A DNA stretch of 53,715 nt, taken from positions 1 to 53,715 of the forward strand of contig JALAIB010000009.1 in assembly GCA_023645945.1 (NCBI GenBank), given 5' to 3'. Positions 36,109 through 48,665 of the stretch are shown here, in pieces. The stretch is from Diploschistes diacapsis. Lineage: Eukaryota. The notes below the pieces were generated by a model that worked only from the letters and a program-made list of their open reading frames with translations, made no database searches and was not told the origin of the DNA. A program made the translations under genes and the position numbers. How positions within the stretch are numbered: the stretch's first letter is position 1; every line of letters starts with the position of its first letter.

Positions 36109-37113
36109 ATGTCTATCCCATCCTTTGTCAAAGGCCAGATCTTCGCCAACCTTCCCGTCTCCAATACCTCTTTCGCCGGGAAGACGATAATCGTCACGGG
36201 CGCCAACACCGGTCTAGGACTCGACTGCGCGAAGCACCTCGCCCGACTGGACGCTTCTCGCGTCATCCTCGCTTGCCGCTCCGTGGAGAAGGGGGAGAAG
36301 GCCAAGCAGGCCATCGCTACGGCGCACAGATCTAGCAGGACCAAGGTCGAGGTGTGGCAGCTGGACATGGCTTCCTACGCGTCCGTCCTCGCTTTCGCAG
36401 ACCGCGTGGACGCCGAGCTGGACAGGCTGGACGGCGTGGTCGAGAACGCGGGCGTGTCACTTAACCAATTCACACTCGCAGATGGCGACGAGACGACGCT
36501 CACGGTCAACGTCATCTCAACCTTTTTGCTCGCCATCTTGCTATTGCCAAAGCTGCGCGAAACCGCGGCGCAGTTCAGCATCACTCCACATATCGCCGTT
36601 GTCGGATCTGTAGTACATGCTTTTGCGCAGAAAAAGGAACTCACCGCTCCCAAAGATGGACAGATTCTCCAGACGCTGAGTGACGAGAAGACAGCGCAAA
36701 TGAGCAGCAGATACTACCTCAGCAAGCTTCTCGTCATCCTGTGGGTGCGAGAGCTCGCAGCGAGAATTGAAACGTCAGGCAAAGACCAGAGTAAAGCGTT
36801 TGTTGTGGTGAACAATACAGCTCCGGGATGGTGCAAGACTGAGCTGTTCCGGCAAGAGTACGCTAGCTGGCCATTGCCGCAAAAGTTACTATTCAATGCA
36901 ATTGGGAGAGAAAGTGAAGAGGGCAGCCGGACGTTGGTCCATGCGCTAACAGCGGGAAGAGAGTCTCATGGACAGTATTTATCGGAGTGTCAGGTCAAGG
37001 CGGCGAGCTCTTTCGTGAACAGTAAAGAAGGCGGTGCAACGCAGCAAAGGATATGGGGCGAGTTGTCGGAGAAGTTGGAAGCAATTCGACCCGATGTCAT
37101 GGCGCTGGTATAG
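36109..37113 (+). CDS. Short-chain dehydrogenase/reductase (retinol dehydrogenase-like)
   Basis: TGANTGLG Rossmann motif, LDGVVENAG and YYLSK catalytic motif. Intronless, 334 aa. Confidence 0.93.
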   Translation: MSIPSFVKGQIFANLPVSNTSFAGKTIIVTGANTGLGLDCAKHLARLDASRVILACRSVEKGEKAKQAIATAHRSSRTKVEVWQLDMASYASVLAFADRVDAELDRLDGVVENAGVSLNQFTLADGDETTLTVNVISTFLLAILLLPKLRETAAQFSITPHIAVVGSVVHAFAQKKELTAPKDGQILQTLSDEKTAQMSSRYYLSKLLVILWVRELAARIETSGKDQSKAFVVVNNTAPGWCKTELFRQEYASWPLPQKLLFNAIGRESEEGSRTLVHALTAGRESHGQYLSECQVKAASSFVNSKEGGATQQRIWGELSEKLEAIRPDVMALV

Positions 37114-37350
37114 CCAACAATGTACGGAACAGGATATTTGAGCTGCCATCATATATCTCTTATGCGAGCCCCCTAGGTTTGGTGACTGTGGTTGGCTACT
37201 CTCGTGTGAAGCTCTTGTTAGATTCCTCTTGGGTGGATGTACGATAGTCCCGTCCTAGTTGCTCCCTACTAAAAGGACTAAAAGCAGCAATACACTTTGT
37301 GCGGTAGGCTTCAAGTCCTGCGAAGCATGTGCAGTGGGAAAAGAGCAGCT

Positions 37351-39783
37351 TCAGCGATGGACACCCAGAGTTTGCTCCATCGTAGAGTTGCCGTCTCCGT
37401 TGAGACAGCTCATGTCGAACTCATCCCAGTCAATCTCAATGTTCGGGGAAGCAACTCCCATCAAGCCCTGGTCTATTATGCTCTATATTAAAGATTCAGC
37501 GAAAGTATCGGCATCGCAATAATTGACTTACCCAATTAATGTCGTCTGAACCATTGAAGAGGCCATCAAACTCACTGCGAACCGATGGCGTCCCGTTCGC
37601 GATTAGTGTAGGTGCTGCAGGACGAGATTGAGCAGGTGCGCTGTTAGTAGCTGTGGCTTGCGAAGTTTCGTCGCTAGCTCTTGAAGGTTCGACCTTTTTC
37701 AAGATTAATTCCAGAGCCGAATTGAACCGGGCGGCTTCGCGAGACTCTTCTTTCATATGCTCTGTTATATCTAGTGTCGTGCGCAACAAGCGAATGATCT
37801 CGGTCCTGGTGTCGGCGTTGCATTCTTCTTCGTTAGTTAACAGGATGACCTGGCAGAGAATGACGGCTGCCAGTAAACAGTTACTCAAATGCAGCGATTT
37901 GCTGAACCAGAGATCCCGAGACAGTTGTCCGCCTGGCTTGGATTCGTTGTAGATTGTTTCTTGATGAGTCAAGACCTGCATACCAGCTTGTGCGCAACGA
38001 TCAATGGAGTATTGCCGTCTCGGAACTGCCGTTATGTAATTTCTGTGGAGAACACAAATCGCTTTCAGATATACCACGTTGCAGGTATAACGATACATAA
38101 CCAGCCACCCCGGATCCGAGAATGATTGTGACATCGATTTGAATTTTAGGGCCTCAGGAGTATTATTGTGAACATGTTCTAGCTCTGCGTCGAGTCTCAA
38201 AACGTCGTTGTCGTAAGAAATCGATCTCGATGTGAACTGCTGATGCAAAAGTTTCTTTTGAACTTTCATGATGTTTGCCTTTGCGGTGAAGAACTGAATG
38301 AGAGTAGGGTCCAATTCTGATCTATTAGCAGGCAGCTCGATGGTGGACTCATCAAAGTCGAAATCATGCAGGCTTCGTGGATGCGCAGTGTCCCATTCAT
38401 CGTCAGTGTGCAAATTAGCTGGAAGACCGAGCTGGAAGGCTGTCAAGCTATCGAACTCGGTAATCATGAACCAAGTTCTGCGGCGCATCTCGCCATCAAA
38501 AACGCTTATGTGTGGGAAATGCTTTGGGTCGCGATGGTAGCCAAGACGCAAAGCTTGCCGCGTCATCAGTGCAAACAGTAGCCAAGTCTATATGCAATCA
38601 ACATGGTGTACCGGGACGGGAGGATTCCTAGCTTACCTCGCCTGCCGGATCAAAGCTCGCCATACCTTTGGATTGGCAATATAGAAACAAAGCCTCAATG
38701 AGAAACTTCTGTGGTTTGGTGTAGTCTGCTAGTACTAAACATTGAGCAGCGGCGGTGGTAAAGGCCCCCCGCGATTGCAGTATCTCATCGGACCAATGTT
38801 TGGACTTCCCATTGAAAGCTCCAGTGGTGTCTTTAAGCACTGTAGAGATACTGAAGATCGAAAATAGCTGGGCTATCCATAGAACGGGCATATCGTGAGG
38901 CTTTCCCCAGAATTTCTCGTACTGGAAGCAATCAGTGACGGTTCAAGAGAGAGGGGTTCTCCTCACCAGTCGATGAAATTGGCCAACATGTACCAAAGCT
39001 GTATGGATTAGCCAACATGACCAATGTTCCTCTTTCTCAACTTACGGACGGAAAAAAATTTCGATTTAAAATAGAAAGAGAGGATCCTATCTGCTACCGG
39101 TCGATCCGGCAGGGCGCGCAAGATATGGGCCAAACTTGGAGGACGCTGTGTATAGAAGAGGCTCTCACTCTGAAAAGCTTTCTTGTCGCTGGTACCTGCC
39201 CAGATATTGCCAGAGCTTTCCTTCGCTTCCAGCTCGCTTTTAAGACCGTGTATCTACCACGCTGTAAGCAGTAGCTATCACCTGACCGGGCCGTTATCGA
39301 ACATACGGTCTCTAGGATTGCTTGCCAGTGTGTTGGCCCAACGTAGCTTTCCTCTGTTTCAGACTGCCTATACGAGCCTCTGAGTGCCTGGCCGGAGCCT
39401 GGTGAACCTGTGGAAATCTCAATACTGCTGGCACTATCCTCAGGACTAGCAAGCTGCGAGGGAGTCCTTCCAACAGGCAATTGGACGTTGTTTTGGTCCT
39501 TGGCTTGTATCATCTCTAGAAGCAAGTCCTCGAGATGATTGAGGCGGTCTTGTGGACTGATCTTGGATGGACGCTTTACATCCGACTTGCCATAGGTGCA
39601 AGTAGTCCCATGCACCTTGCAGCTTCCACAAGGCTGCTCTCTGTCGCATTTTGACTTTTTGTTCCGGCACTGGAGGCATGAAACAGCAGCTCGGTTTCTT
39701 TTCCGCACCTTACCAGAGTTATCTGGTTTCACGCTTTTACTTGTAGCCCGAAATTTATGCTGATAAGAAGATATGTCGGCCAT
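37351..39783 (-). CDS. Zn(II)2Cys6 transcription factor with fungal-specific TF domain (multi-exon)
   Basis: CLQCRNKKSKCDREQPCGSCKVHGTTC, YVGPTHWQAIL and ALRLGYHRDP...GEMRRRTW...LGLP. The last exon after DDINW/ reads SIIDQGLM...VHR-stop at 37351. Confidence 0.9.
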
Positions 39784-40200
39784 GGCTTAAACCCTAGCGC
39801 TGTATAGAACTTGACGTTGAAGCTAGATAGGTAACAACGAGTACAATGAAGATTATATAACACCACTGGGATGAATCTGCGAATAATAAAGTATGTACCT
39901 TACCGTGGCCTGACTTATCAAGCTCCTTGGGGAAACCCATTGATTATAGACATACAGCCTCTTTCATCGTCCCAGATATTAGCTTGCTTCATAAGTTAGC
40001 TCATTAATCCCTATTTATTCCAATTTGTCCCACAAGAAGGAAGTAATACATGCTAACAGTTGGACAGCAATAGGGGGCTGTATTGTTGATCATCGTCCGT
40101 GGACCGCGGCTTAAAATAGGCTCGATCGTCCCAAAGACCACTCACTGCCTATTTATCTATATATAGCATCTCAATAAGCCGTCCTACCACGCGTTTCTGC

Positions 40201-41217
40201 ATGCGATCACACTCTCGTCACCGCGCCAGCACCATGTCCACTTCCAGCGGGCGCCATCCCTCCGGCGTCCCAATGCAGGAGCTCGACCCATCCCCCGTGA
40301 CCGACTCCCCCATCTCCATCTCAAAAAGCGACTACTTCGCACCCTCAACATCCTACACCTCCCAACCCAGCCAACCTCCCTCCTCCTCCTCCTCCTCCCA
40401 CTCCTCCTTCTCCGCCGCCCTCTTCCCCACCTTCTGGCAGCGCTGCTTCCCGCACTCGCCGCCCTTCTACCTCCTCCGAACGCAGCGCTACTCCAGCTAC
40501 CTCCTGTCGTCCTTCCTCGGCCTCCACATCGCCAACACCTCGCTCGTCCCGCTCCTCACACGGTCCGTGGCCACGAGCGAGCCCTATCTCCTCCTGACAA
40601 GACCCTACTACCAGTCCCCCCTCTTCGAGCCGCTCCTCGTCCTCGGCCCGCTCGCCGCGCACGTCGGGTCCGGCGTCGCGCTCCGGCTGTACAGACGGCG
40701 GCAGACGGTCAGGAACGCCGGCGCCGAGAACAGGGCCGAGCGGAAAAAAGTGGCGTGGCCCAAGGTCAGTGGGATCAGCTGGTTGGGATATGCGCTGTGG
40801 CCGCTGCTGGCCGCCCATGTGTTCGTGAACAGGATCACGCCGCTCAGGATCGACGGCGACAGCTCGGGCGTGAATCTGGGCTACGTGAGCCACGGCTTTG
40901 CGAAACATCCCGCCGTCGCCTTTACCACCTACGTGGCACTGGTGGGCGTCGGGGTGTGGCATATTGTATGGGGATGGGCCAAGTGGTTGGACTTGACGCC
41001 GGATACGGCGAAAGGAGAGGATGGGGCGGAGAGGGGATTGAGGCGGAAGAGGAGGTGGTATGCGGTTAATGCGCTTGCGGCACTGACGACTGGGGTATGG
41101 ATGGCGGGAGGTCTAGGAGTGGTGGGAAGAGGAGGGGAGAGCAAAGGGTGGGTAGGAAAAGGGTTTAACAAGCTATACAGGAGTGTCCCGTTGGTGGGAA
41201 GCTGGTTAGTGCAATAG
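40201..41217 (+). CDS. MCP1: Mcp1/DUF1691-like mitochondrial membrane protein
   Basis: QRYSSYLLSSFLGLHIANTSLVP, YLLLTRPYYQSPLFEPLLV..P..AHVGSG and GDSSGVNLGYVSHGF, with several TM segments. Family assignment is from recalled motifs. Confidence 0.75.
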   Translation: MRSHSRHRASTMSTSSGRHPSGVPMQELDPSPVTDSPISISKSDYFAPSTSYTSQPSQPPSSSSSSHSSFSAALFPTFWQRCFPHSPPFYLLRTQRYSSYLLSSFLGLHIANTSLVPLLTRSVATSEPYLLLTRPYYQSPLFEPLLVLGPLAAHVGSGVALRLYRRRQTVRNAGAENRAERKKVAWPKVSGISWLGYALWPLLAAHVFVNRITPLRIDGDSSGVNLGYVSHGFAKHPAVAFTTYVALVGVGVWHIVWGWAKWLDLTPDTAKGEDGAERGLRRKRRWYAVNALAALTTGVWMAGGLGVVGRGGESKGWVGKGFNKLYRSVPLVGSWLVQ

Positions 41218-41270
41218 ATGAAGTAATAGAGGTGGAACTTTGATTGGTGTATATAAGGGCACGCTCGTGC

Positions 41271-42975
41271 TTATCCGTATGATAACTCAGGATCCGCTTC
41301 CAAATTCTGCAGGAGCTTGGCCGCGTGGAAGACCATCTCATCGTCGCCATATTGGGCTGTAATTTGAAGACCTATATGCTTGCAGTGCTCTTGCTCGCAC
41401 AAGGCGGGCTCGAGTTTTACCACCGGGATACTCATCGCTGGCAGACCTGCAAGGCTTGCTGGCACGGTCAGCACATCGTCTTGATACGAGTCGAGGGCTG
41501 TTCGAGCAGACAAGTCGGAAAGCCTGGGAGGTAGCGAGGGTGCAGTAGGCGACAGGAGAACATCTACACCCTCCACTCCAACATGTGAAGTGAGCTTCAG
41601 CTCCTGGTCAAGGAGCGGATTCGAAAGTGCAAACACCGTGTCAAAATCGCGTTGGACTAGCCTCCTGACCCTCTGCGCCTTGATAAAGTAATTGTCAACC
41701 GCGGACGCGCTCAACGTAAATGACCCAAGCAGGATACGCCGACGGACTTCTTCACCCAGCCCTGCACCTCGTGTAGTAGCAAAGAGAACATTTTCGGGAT
41801 TCTTTGGCGTAGAAGCTGGATTACCATATCTAACGCCGTCGTACTTCGCTAGGTTCGAAGACGCTTCGGCTGGAGCCAGGATATAATATGCAGAAAGCGC
41901 AAGCTTAGTCGAAGGGAGCGAAACAGGGACTATAGCGTGTCCTTCACGCGCAAGTGTAAGAAGAGCCCTTTTCCAAATAGTTCGAACGGGATCAGCAAGT
42001 TCAGCTATGTTGTACTCAAGAGGAACTCCAATACGAAGGTGGTCCCGCGTTGGACGCCGACTGACTCGTTGGTTGATACGTTCCCGCGTAGAGGGAGAGA
42101 GACTGGTCGGGTCTTGCGGGTCGTGAGCCCTTACGAGTTCTAAAAGAAAGGGTCAACTCTGTATTTGTGGACACGTCCAATGGGCTGGACTGACTGAATA
42201 GCTCATCAATAGGCCTCCAGTCTTGAGCCATTATCCCCACAGTGTCAAGCGAATTGGCGTAAGCCACAACTCCGTGTCGAGAGACGATACCATAGGAGGG
42301 TTTGAACCCATATATGTTGTTGTATGCAGCTGGTAGCCTAACCGAGCCGCCGGTGTCTGTCCCCAATGCTCTGGGAATTTTCAGCGTTTCGTGCAGTAGA
42401 CGCGCATTATTCAGTCTTACGCCCAGCATTGACTCGTTGCGACTGCTATAGCACTGCCGCCTGAGCTTCCCCCAACGGATAGTTCGCGATCCTCATGGCG
42501 TTGGTAAACAGGCCCAAACGCAGAATGCAATGAATGCGATCTATGCCGCTGAAGTTAGCATTTCCATCCGAAACCAAAATGGGTACGCACCCCATGCCAA
42601 ACTCATCAAGGTTAGTCTTCCCAGCTATTATCGCACCAGCGGCTTGAAGCTTCTGAACCACCGTGGCCGCGAAAGGGCTGATGAAGCCCTCTAGCATTCT
42701 GGAAGCGCATGTTGTTGGCTGGTCGGAGGTGCAAATGTTGTCTTTCACAGCAATCACCTCCCCATCGACCAAGGATTTCCGTTTACCTAAGAAACGATCA
42801 GAATCGGCAAGGCTTCTTATCTAGGTTCCAAAAACTTACCGGCGGAAGCGCGAGCTTCGGCCTCTGCGGCTGCTGCTTGGATAGCCGCGACATCCTGCGG
42901 TGTATGAACGAAAGCGTTGAGAGCCTGGCAAGCTTTTTGGTTCAAAATATACTGCCTTGCTCGCTGAATTGACAT
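41271..42975 (-). CDS. HER2: Mitochondrial glutamyl-tRNA(Gln) amidotransferase subunit A (GatA), 5 exons
   Basis: Amidase signature [26 protein letters not shown] and [15 protein letters not shown]. GatA-type [24 protein letters not shown] and [13 protein letters not shown]. Confidence 0.93.
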
Positions 42976-43591
42976 AGGCGCATATCTTCTTGGATGGCTG
43001 GAAGCTGGCGTAAAGTTTTATGGGAGGCCCTGTGGGTGAGCTTCGGACCTGTTACGGAACGATGCCGTTCCGTGCTGAGACACTAAACACCTCTTTTATC
43101 ACTTATGCCTACGCAATAGCTCTAAAATATGCTTCAGATTGGTTATGAGATGGTTGGAGAGGTGTTCAGTATGCCAATTATCATTAATGTCGCCTTGCGA
43201 AAACGAGGTCACTCCGGGGAAGTTCAGCATTTCAGGTATCAGTTTCATCAGATGCTGCTAAGTTGAGTTTCCATGCCAATAGACATTCAAATTCTGCATT
43301 ACGCTGTTAACCAGGTCTCCCCGATTCATTTACATGAACGGTTACATCAAAATGAGGCCTCGAATCCCAATTACTCCCCCTTCTTCCTTGGACCACTTCA
43401 CCAAAATGCTGTACCCTAATGTTTGTCGTCCTCAAAACGTAATTCAAGTCTGAATCGGGGTCCAGTCCCCTATCTAAGCACCCATCGCAACTCATCTTGG
43501 GATATGCAGTAAAGCTAGACTGCTCAGACTTGCCACTGAATGAGGTCGGGCATGCTTGCGACGTCTTGGGATGCGAAACCCCTTGCATCTT

Positions 43592-44657
43592 TCAAGCTCT
43601 GAAAGGTAGGTGAGTTCTTACTGGTGGGTGAACTCTTGTTTCCAGCAGATCCATTCTTGGACGAGGCTTGCGCCGCTGCAGCAAAGGTCCCAAGACTGGT
43701 AAGCAGATACAGATGACACCGACGCTCTCCTGAGTCATGGACCAGATGATGGCGTTAAAGGAACCCCAAGGCACATCGTCGAAGTATAACCCGCCAAACA
43801 CAATAAGACGGGCGATAGTAAAAAAACCTCAACTGAATTCGTACATTGGTGCAGAACCAGTCGGTAGTGTATCTTTTACTTACCTAGCTCCAAGCAACAG
43901 GGCGCCCGTGATGGCCCACTTCTTTTTTGCGCTCAGCTTAAGCTTCCATGTCGCCTCAATGGAGTCACGAGATAACGACATCGAATAGGGCATCTAATGC
44001 TGTTGATGCAATGAAAAAGCTGGATGTATCGATGCATTCCTATCCGGAGCCGTAATGTCCCAGGCGTCTGAGACTCGCAAACCGCACATGAATAGAGTAG
44101 GAAAGAACACTGCAAAACCCCAGATCCCTATGCATCCCAGGACAGCATAGCAGCAGAAGCAAAGCGTCTATTAATGCCGAAAAGCCTTATATAAAAACAG
44201 ATTATGCTGCATTTGGCAAATGTAATGATAAAAGGGTACAGCATGAAGGTGAAGATATGTCGCCCGCCTCCGATAAGGGGGAAAGCAGCAATTATGATGA
44301 TGATGGCTTTTGCAGATAGAAAGACCTAGCGAGTATGATTTCCCGCGACGATGGATGATTTGCTGACCGCGGCGACAATGGCAAACCAGCCATCCCAAAG
44401 AAACTTCATTCGAGCAAGCTATCTTGATAGCAATCGAAGACCCAGCGCCAGAGCAGTGAGAGCCCATAACGTCGTGACAATCCCAATGACTAAGGGACCT
44501 CGATCCAACACCTTTCCGGGTTAATGGACGGTTGTGGTCCCTGGAGAGCTCCAGGGGGATATGACCCTAGTGAACCCGTAGGAGCATTAGGTGCAGCGTT
44601 TGGCAAGACACCGGGTCGAGGACCTCCTGCAGGGGATGCTAGAGGGAAGTTCGACAT
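43592..44657 (-). pseudogene. Degraded Pth11-like (rhodopsin-domain) integral membrane protein
   Basis: Motifs lie in several frames: PAGGPRPGVLPN, WDGWFAIVAA, FAKCSIICFYIRLF, WGFAVFFPTLFMC..AW, LDALFDVVI, WKLKLSAKKKWAI..LLLG and WSMTQESVGVICICLPVLGPL. At least four frameshifts; intron donors are still visible. Confidence 0.8.
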
Positions 44658-46729
44658 ACTCGAGGACTTTGGAAACAAATGTGTTTGGAAATCATCATAA
44701 AAACGGCGGCGATGCTTCTGTCATATGCCCCGCTATACACGGTCAAAGTGGCAGTGTACCATTGACACAGACATTCTCGTTGCTCCCTTTTCTTCTACTC
44801 CGGGAATCTTGTGAGGAGCAGCAACTGTTCAATATTTGGGTCAAGCGAAGGCCGGCATTTCTGGATTTTGAGTTTCTCGCACCGACACACATTTCACTGT
44901 GCCTCCGTCTAGGATCCGAATATCGCACTCTGGACAGTAGAGACTTTGCTTTGAGGGCCGGTTCTGGTCCCGTTCCCGTCCCGTCCCAGCATGTAATGGC
45001 TTACTTACCATACAGATGACGCCACACTAAGGTTAATCAAGCTGCTAAGTTGATGGATCCCCTTGAGAGAACGAAATATCAAAGAACAACAAACCTACTT
45101 GGATAGCTACCGCATAATATCAACGCGAGGGTAGTGCACCTGAGCGACGACATCCCGTTACGCGGGTGTTTTTGAGCCACAACCCGCACGGTTATAGAAT
45201 ACATTGGTGGTTCCTTCTCATCCCGGCCTTCCGTACAAGGAGATCAGGCTTTTCTTTCGCAATTAACCACACCTTTGCCTCGATTAGAGCCTGTGGTGCA
45301 CCTTTTTGCCTACCATGAGAGAATACGGTGTAAAGGACGTCAATTCTGGGATACGCAGTGGTTGTTGCGGTTAAGCACAGTAAAAGATTCGCTTCTTATT
45401 GGCACTGGTTCAATGGCAGAGTTGTCTTTTCTGTGGTACCTTCAACTGCGTTGGTATGACTGTCAAACCTCCTTCCACGCATCTCAGCTACCGTTAACGA
45501 ATTGGGTCTCGAAAGCGGTCTGTTGAGTATCGGATCAAAAGAACGAGTAAAAGAGGGACGATAACTTGGCTGGAATGGATTCAACGAGGTGCGAACTCCT
45601 GCGGATCTCTCCAGCAGAGCCCAGATCTGCCCACTTAACCACTCCCCAAAGAATCCTTGCCACTTTGGCTTGTATCTGTGTATATCCTTTTCATTCCTAG
45701 TATGAAGAAGACTGAATTGAGCACTGACTGCTCTCGCATATCCGCTCAGAGGCTGCCGAAACTAGAGGCCTAATACATGTTGGATCACTTCAAGTTTGAT
45801 GTGCGTGTTCTGCTAGAAAGACGCTGCGCTTCTCGGCTGCCACCAAGCTCCTGTACTAACATGCTTATCTGCCTTTTACCCAATAGGCTCACAGGCCAAA
45901 GACGGACATTGATTAGCGAAACATAGACGTGAATCTAAGGTCGGGGTTATGAAGACACCTCCCGCTGAATGCTTCATGAACCTTTTTCGTGTGAATACCG
46001 GACACGTCCCGGTTTTCTAGGTCAAGCCAGCTTGTCAAGGTCTTCTTGTTATGCCTTCCGAAATAGTGCGTAAGTATATGACATCTCGCCTTCCCACGCA
46101 CCTTCTGTTTGCGATTCGTATCAGCTGCAGCATGCCGCGAAGCTAATGGAAGGCTGTCTTGGAGAGTTTTCTAACAGTAGAGTGCGGGATAAAGATCTTC
46201 CATCTCTACTCAGTCTTTCTTAGGCAAATTTCGAAGCCTGTCCTTTCAATAGCGAATGCTGACATGTGCTGAAAGACTTCAGCAAGACGTTGTCCGGTAG
46301 GAAGGACTTATTGTTTGTATAGAATAGGAGACATGAGAGCGCTTAAGGCGATGTGAATGCCGCCTGAACAAATTTTCAGACCGCAATAAAGCCCCTAAGA
46401 ATGCAAAGGTGTCTTTGAGTGGAATAAGATGTGCCCGCGGCTGCTTGCATAAGGGACGGGGTAAGCATTGGGAGAACAAACAAAGCGCAATGTGAACAAG
46501 GAAATGGGAGTTTTGTTTCCATGATATGATGAAGTGAACACGTCCTTAGTTCGACTTCTTTGACCAATCTACAGAAAGGTAACAACATTTCTTGTATATT
46601 TCAACTTTGAATTTCTTCCTGGAGCTACAATTACGCTGTTTCCTTTGCGCAAGAGACCTGTTCTTCTACAGAGCGGATAAGAAGCCGATATGCCAGTATT
46701 GAGTGCTATTGCATGGTAAAATAGGCTAT

Positions 46730-48665
46730 ATGTCTGTTTTTCGTAAGTCATTCTGTGCTAACGATAACGCCAACGGCGAGGAGACGGCTTGCAAGGAGCA
46801 GGCTCGCCAGGTATGTGGTAGCTGTCATCTGGTGCAGGTACGTTGTCCCCACGAGAGCCTAATCAGAGCAAATGACCGACCTAAAGTATACAGTACTGCT
46901 CAAAAGCTTGCCAAACCAAGCATTGGGCGAAACATAAGCTGGATTGCAAATCCCCACTCTCGAAAAAAACATGGAGAACACGCTGGGAGATTGACCGCAG
47001 AACTCCCGCATTCATAAGCAACAGCAGTGAGCCTGCAGTCTTCGGCGTCAAGAAATATCTGTGGGGGAATATGCCTGCTATAGACGTCTGCTGTCTTTCA
47101 AGCAATGAGGGGATGCTGTGGGACAAGGATCTTCGTTTGCTCTTCGCAGGTGAAAGCGCCCTAGTTACCTGGTAATACAGTGTATACAGAATACTAACTA
47201 GCATAGCTTCCGGAGATCTTAGGAACGTTGTGCAGACCGTGGCAGGGCTCCCCAAAGAGTTCGCTCAACGCTGCGAGGTGCACATCAACGACATAGAAGA
47301 AGATGTGGTTGTGCGGAACGTGATCCTTCTACTCACAGCTCTTTCCTTTGATAAGAATTCGGCGGCAGAAGCAATGCTCCATCTCTGGTATTCGGCCCTC
47401 ATCCCTCGGTGGGTTCTTTCAAGCCTCGAAACAAAGGTGCTTCCTTTGATCAAGGACGTATGCAACAAAACAAGAGACAAGCCTGATCACACATTACTAG
47501 GAAAGACATGGCAATTAGGCACTTGTGAGTTGCGAGTGGTCTTCACAAAGCGTCAATGGGGCCGCCTGTTGCATCATCTTCAAGTTCCGTTCGGTCTAGA
47601 TGGCACTAAAGCACTTGCCGTTAGGAAGACTACCACATCGGCACCTACGAGGATCGACTATGTTGATCGCTCCTGGTGCTGCCAACCACCTCTTTGGAGA
47701 GTCGCAAGACAGAAATTTAGAGAAGATGGGATACTGTTACCATTCGGTGCATCCAGGGCAGACTTTGATACTCCAAATCCGTAAGTTTCCCCGCAACCAA
47801 CCAGGCATGAGCTAATATAAGCCGCAACAGAACATTGTTCCAAACAGCAGATTCGTGGCCAATGATGGACAGCGCCGACCCTCTGGCAGGGTGGCCGATT
47901 GATGCGCCTTCCAAGATGGCCAAGCCTGCGAAAAATGACATCTACGGAGGCTTGCATAGGCATGTAGGCGGTATCTTGCAAGAATTCTGCGAAAGAGTTG
48001 CGGCTCTCAAGATATATTTTCATGCGACCTGCTTCAACGCAAAGGATCTCCCGGATAAGTTGCATTGGTCTCCAAATTCCAGGAACTCATTTGACCGGAT
48101 TGAGGTATCCTACACTATCTCCTATTAAAGAGGCTAATTTGACAGCCAATAGGTTTCTAATATTGTCGATAGATGGTGTCTAGGTCTCCCGCTGACACTA
48201 GCGATATTTGGTCCGTTACTCAAACCATTGAACCAGAATCCCTATGCCACTCTCATCACACTCTTCTTAAATGCAGTTGTGGAGGTGTCTTGTGAAGAGT
48301 CGGACCAGGTGAATATCAGAGAAAGGGAGATCAAACGAGCGTTGCGCTTTCTTCCCAAGTCTACTCGCGCATGTGACACATGCATGTACAGCATGGACCA
48401 CATACGATTCGCAAGCGCCTTAGACTTCTTCAAGGACTTTAAAAGACTCTTCGACAAGTACATGCAGCAGCATAATCTTGCGGAAATCCGTGAAGTTGTT
48501 GGGATTGTGCCCAAAGCCAAAAACACAGTCATCGATCCATGGCCTCTGCAACTGAAGCGGAATGCCAGTCAGGAAGAGTTTGAGGCTGTGATGGCATCAT
48601 GCTGGACCGGGTGTGAGCGATACATGGAATGGCAACGCGATGGCGCGCCGAAGCTGACCGGTTGA
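46730..48665 (+). CDS. MYND zinc finger + DUF4470 domain protein, 5 exons
   Basis: CGSCHLVQ/YCSKACQTKHWAKHKLDC (MYND), YLWGNMPAID, LLFA/ASGDLRNVV, GILLPFG, WPMMDSADPLAGW, FDRIE/VSNIVD and ERYMEW. Four GT-AG introns with consistent phases. Confidence 0.88.

Noticed and set aside
1773..39783. P450, SDR and Zn2Cys6 factor as a secondary-metabolite cluster
   Set aside because: They are separated by more than 30 kb of housekeeping genes, and there is no PKS, NRPS or terpene synthase.
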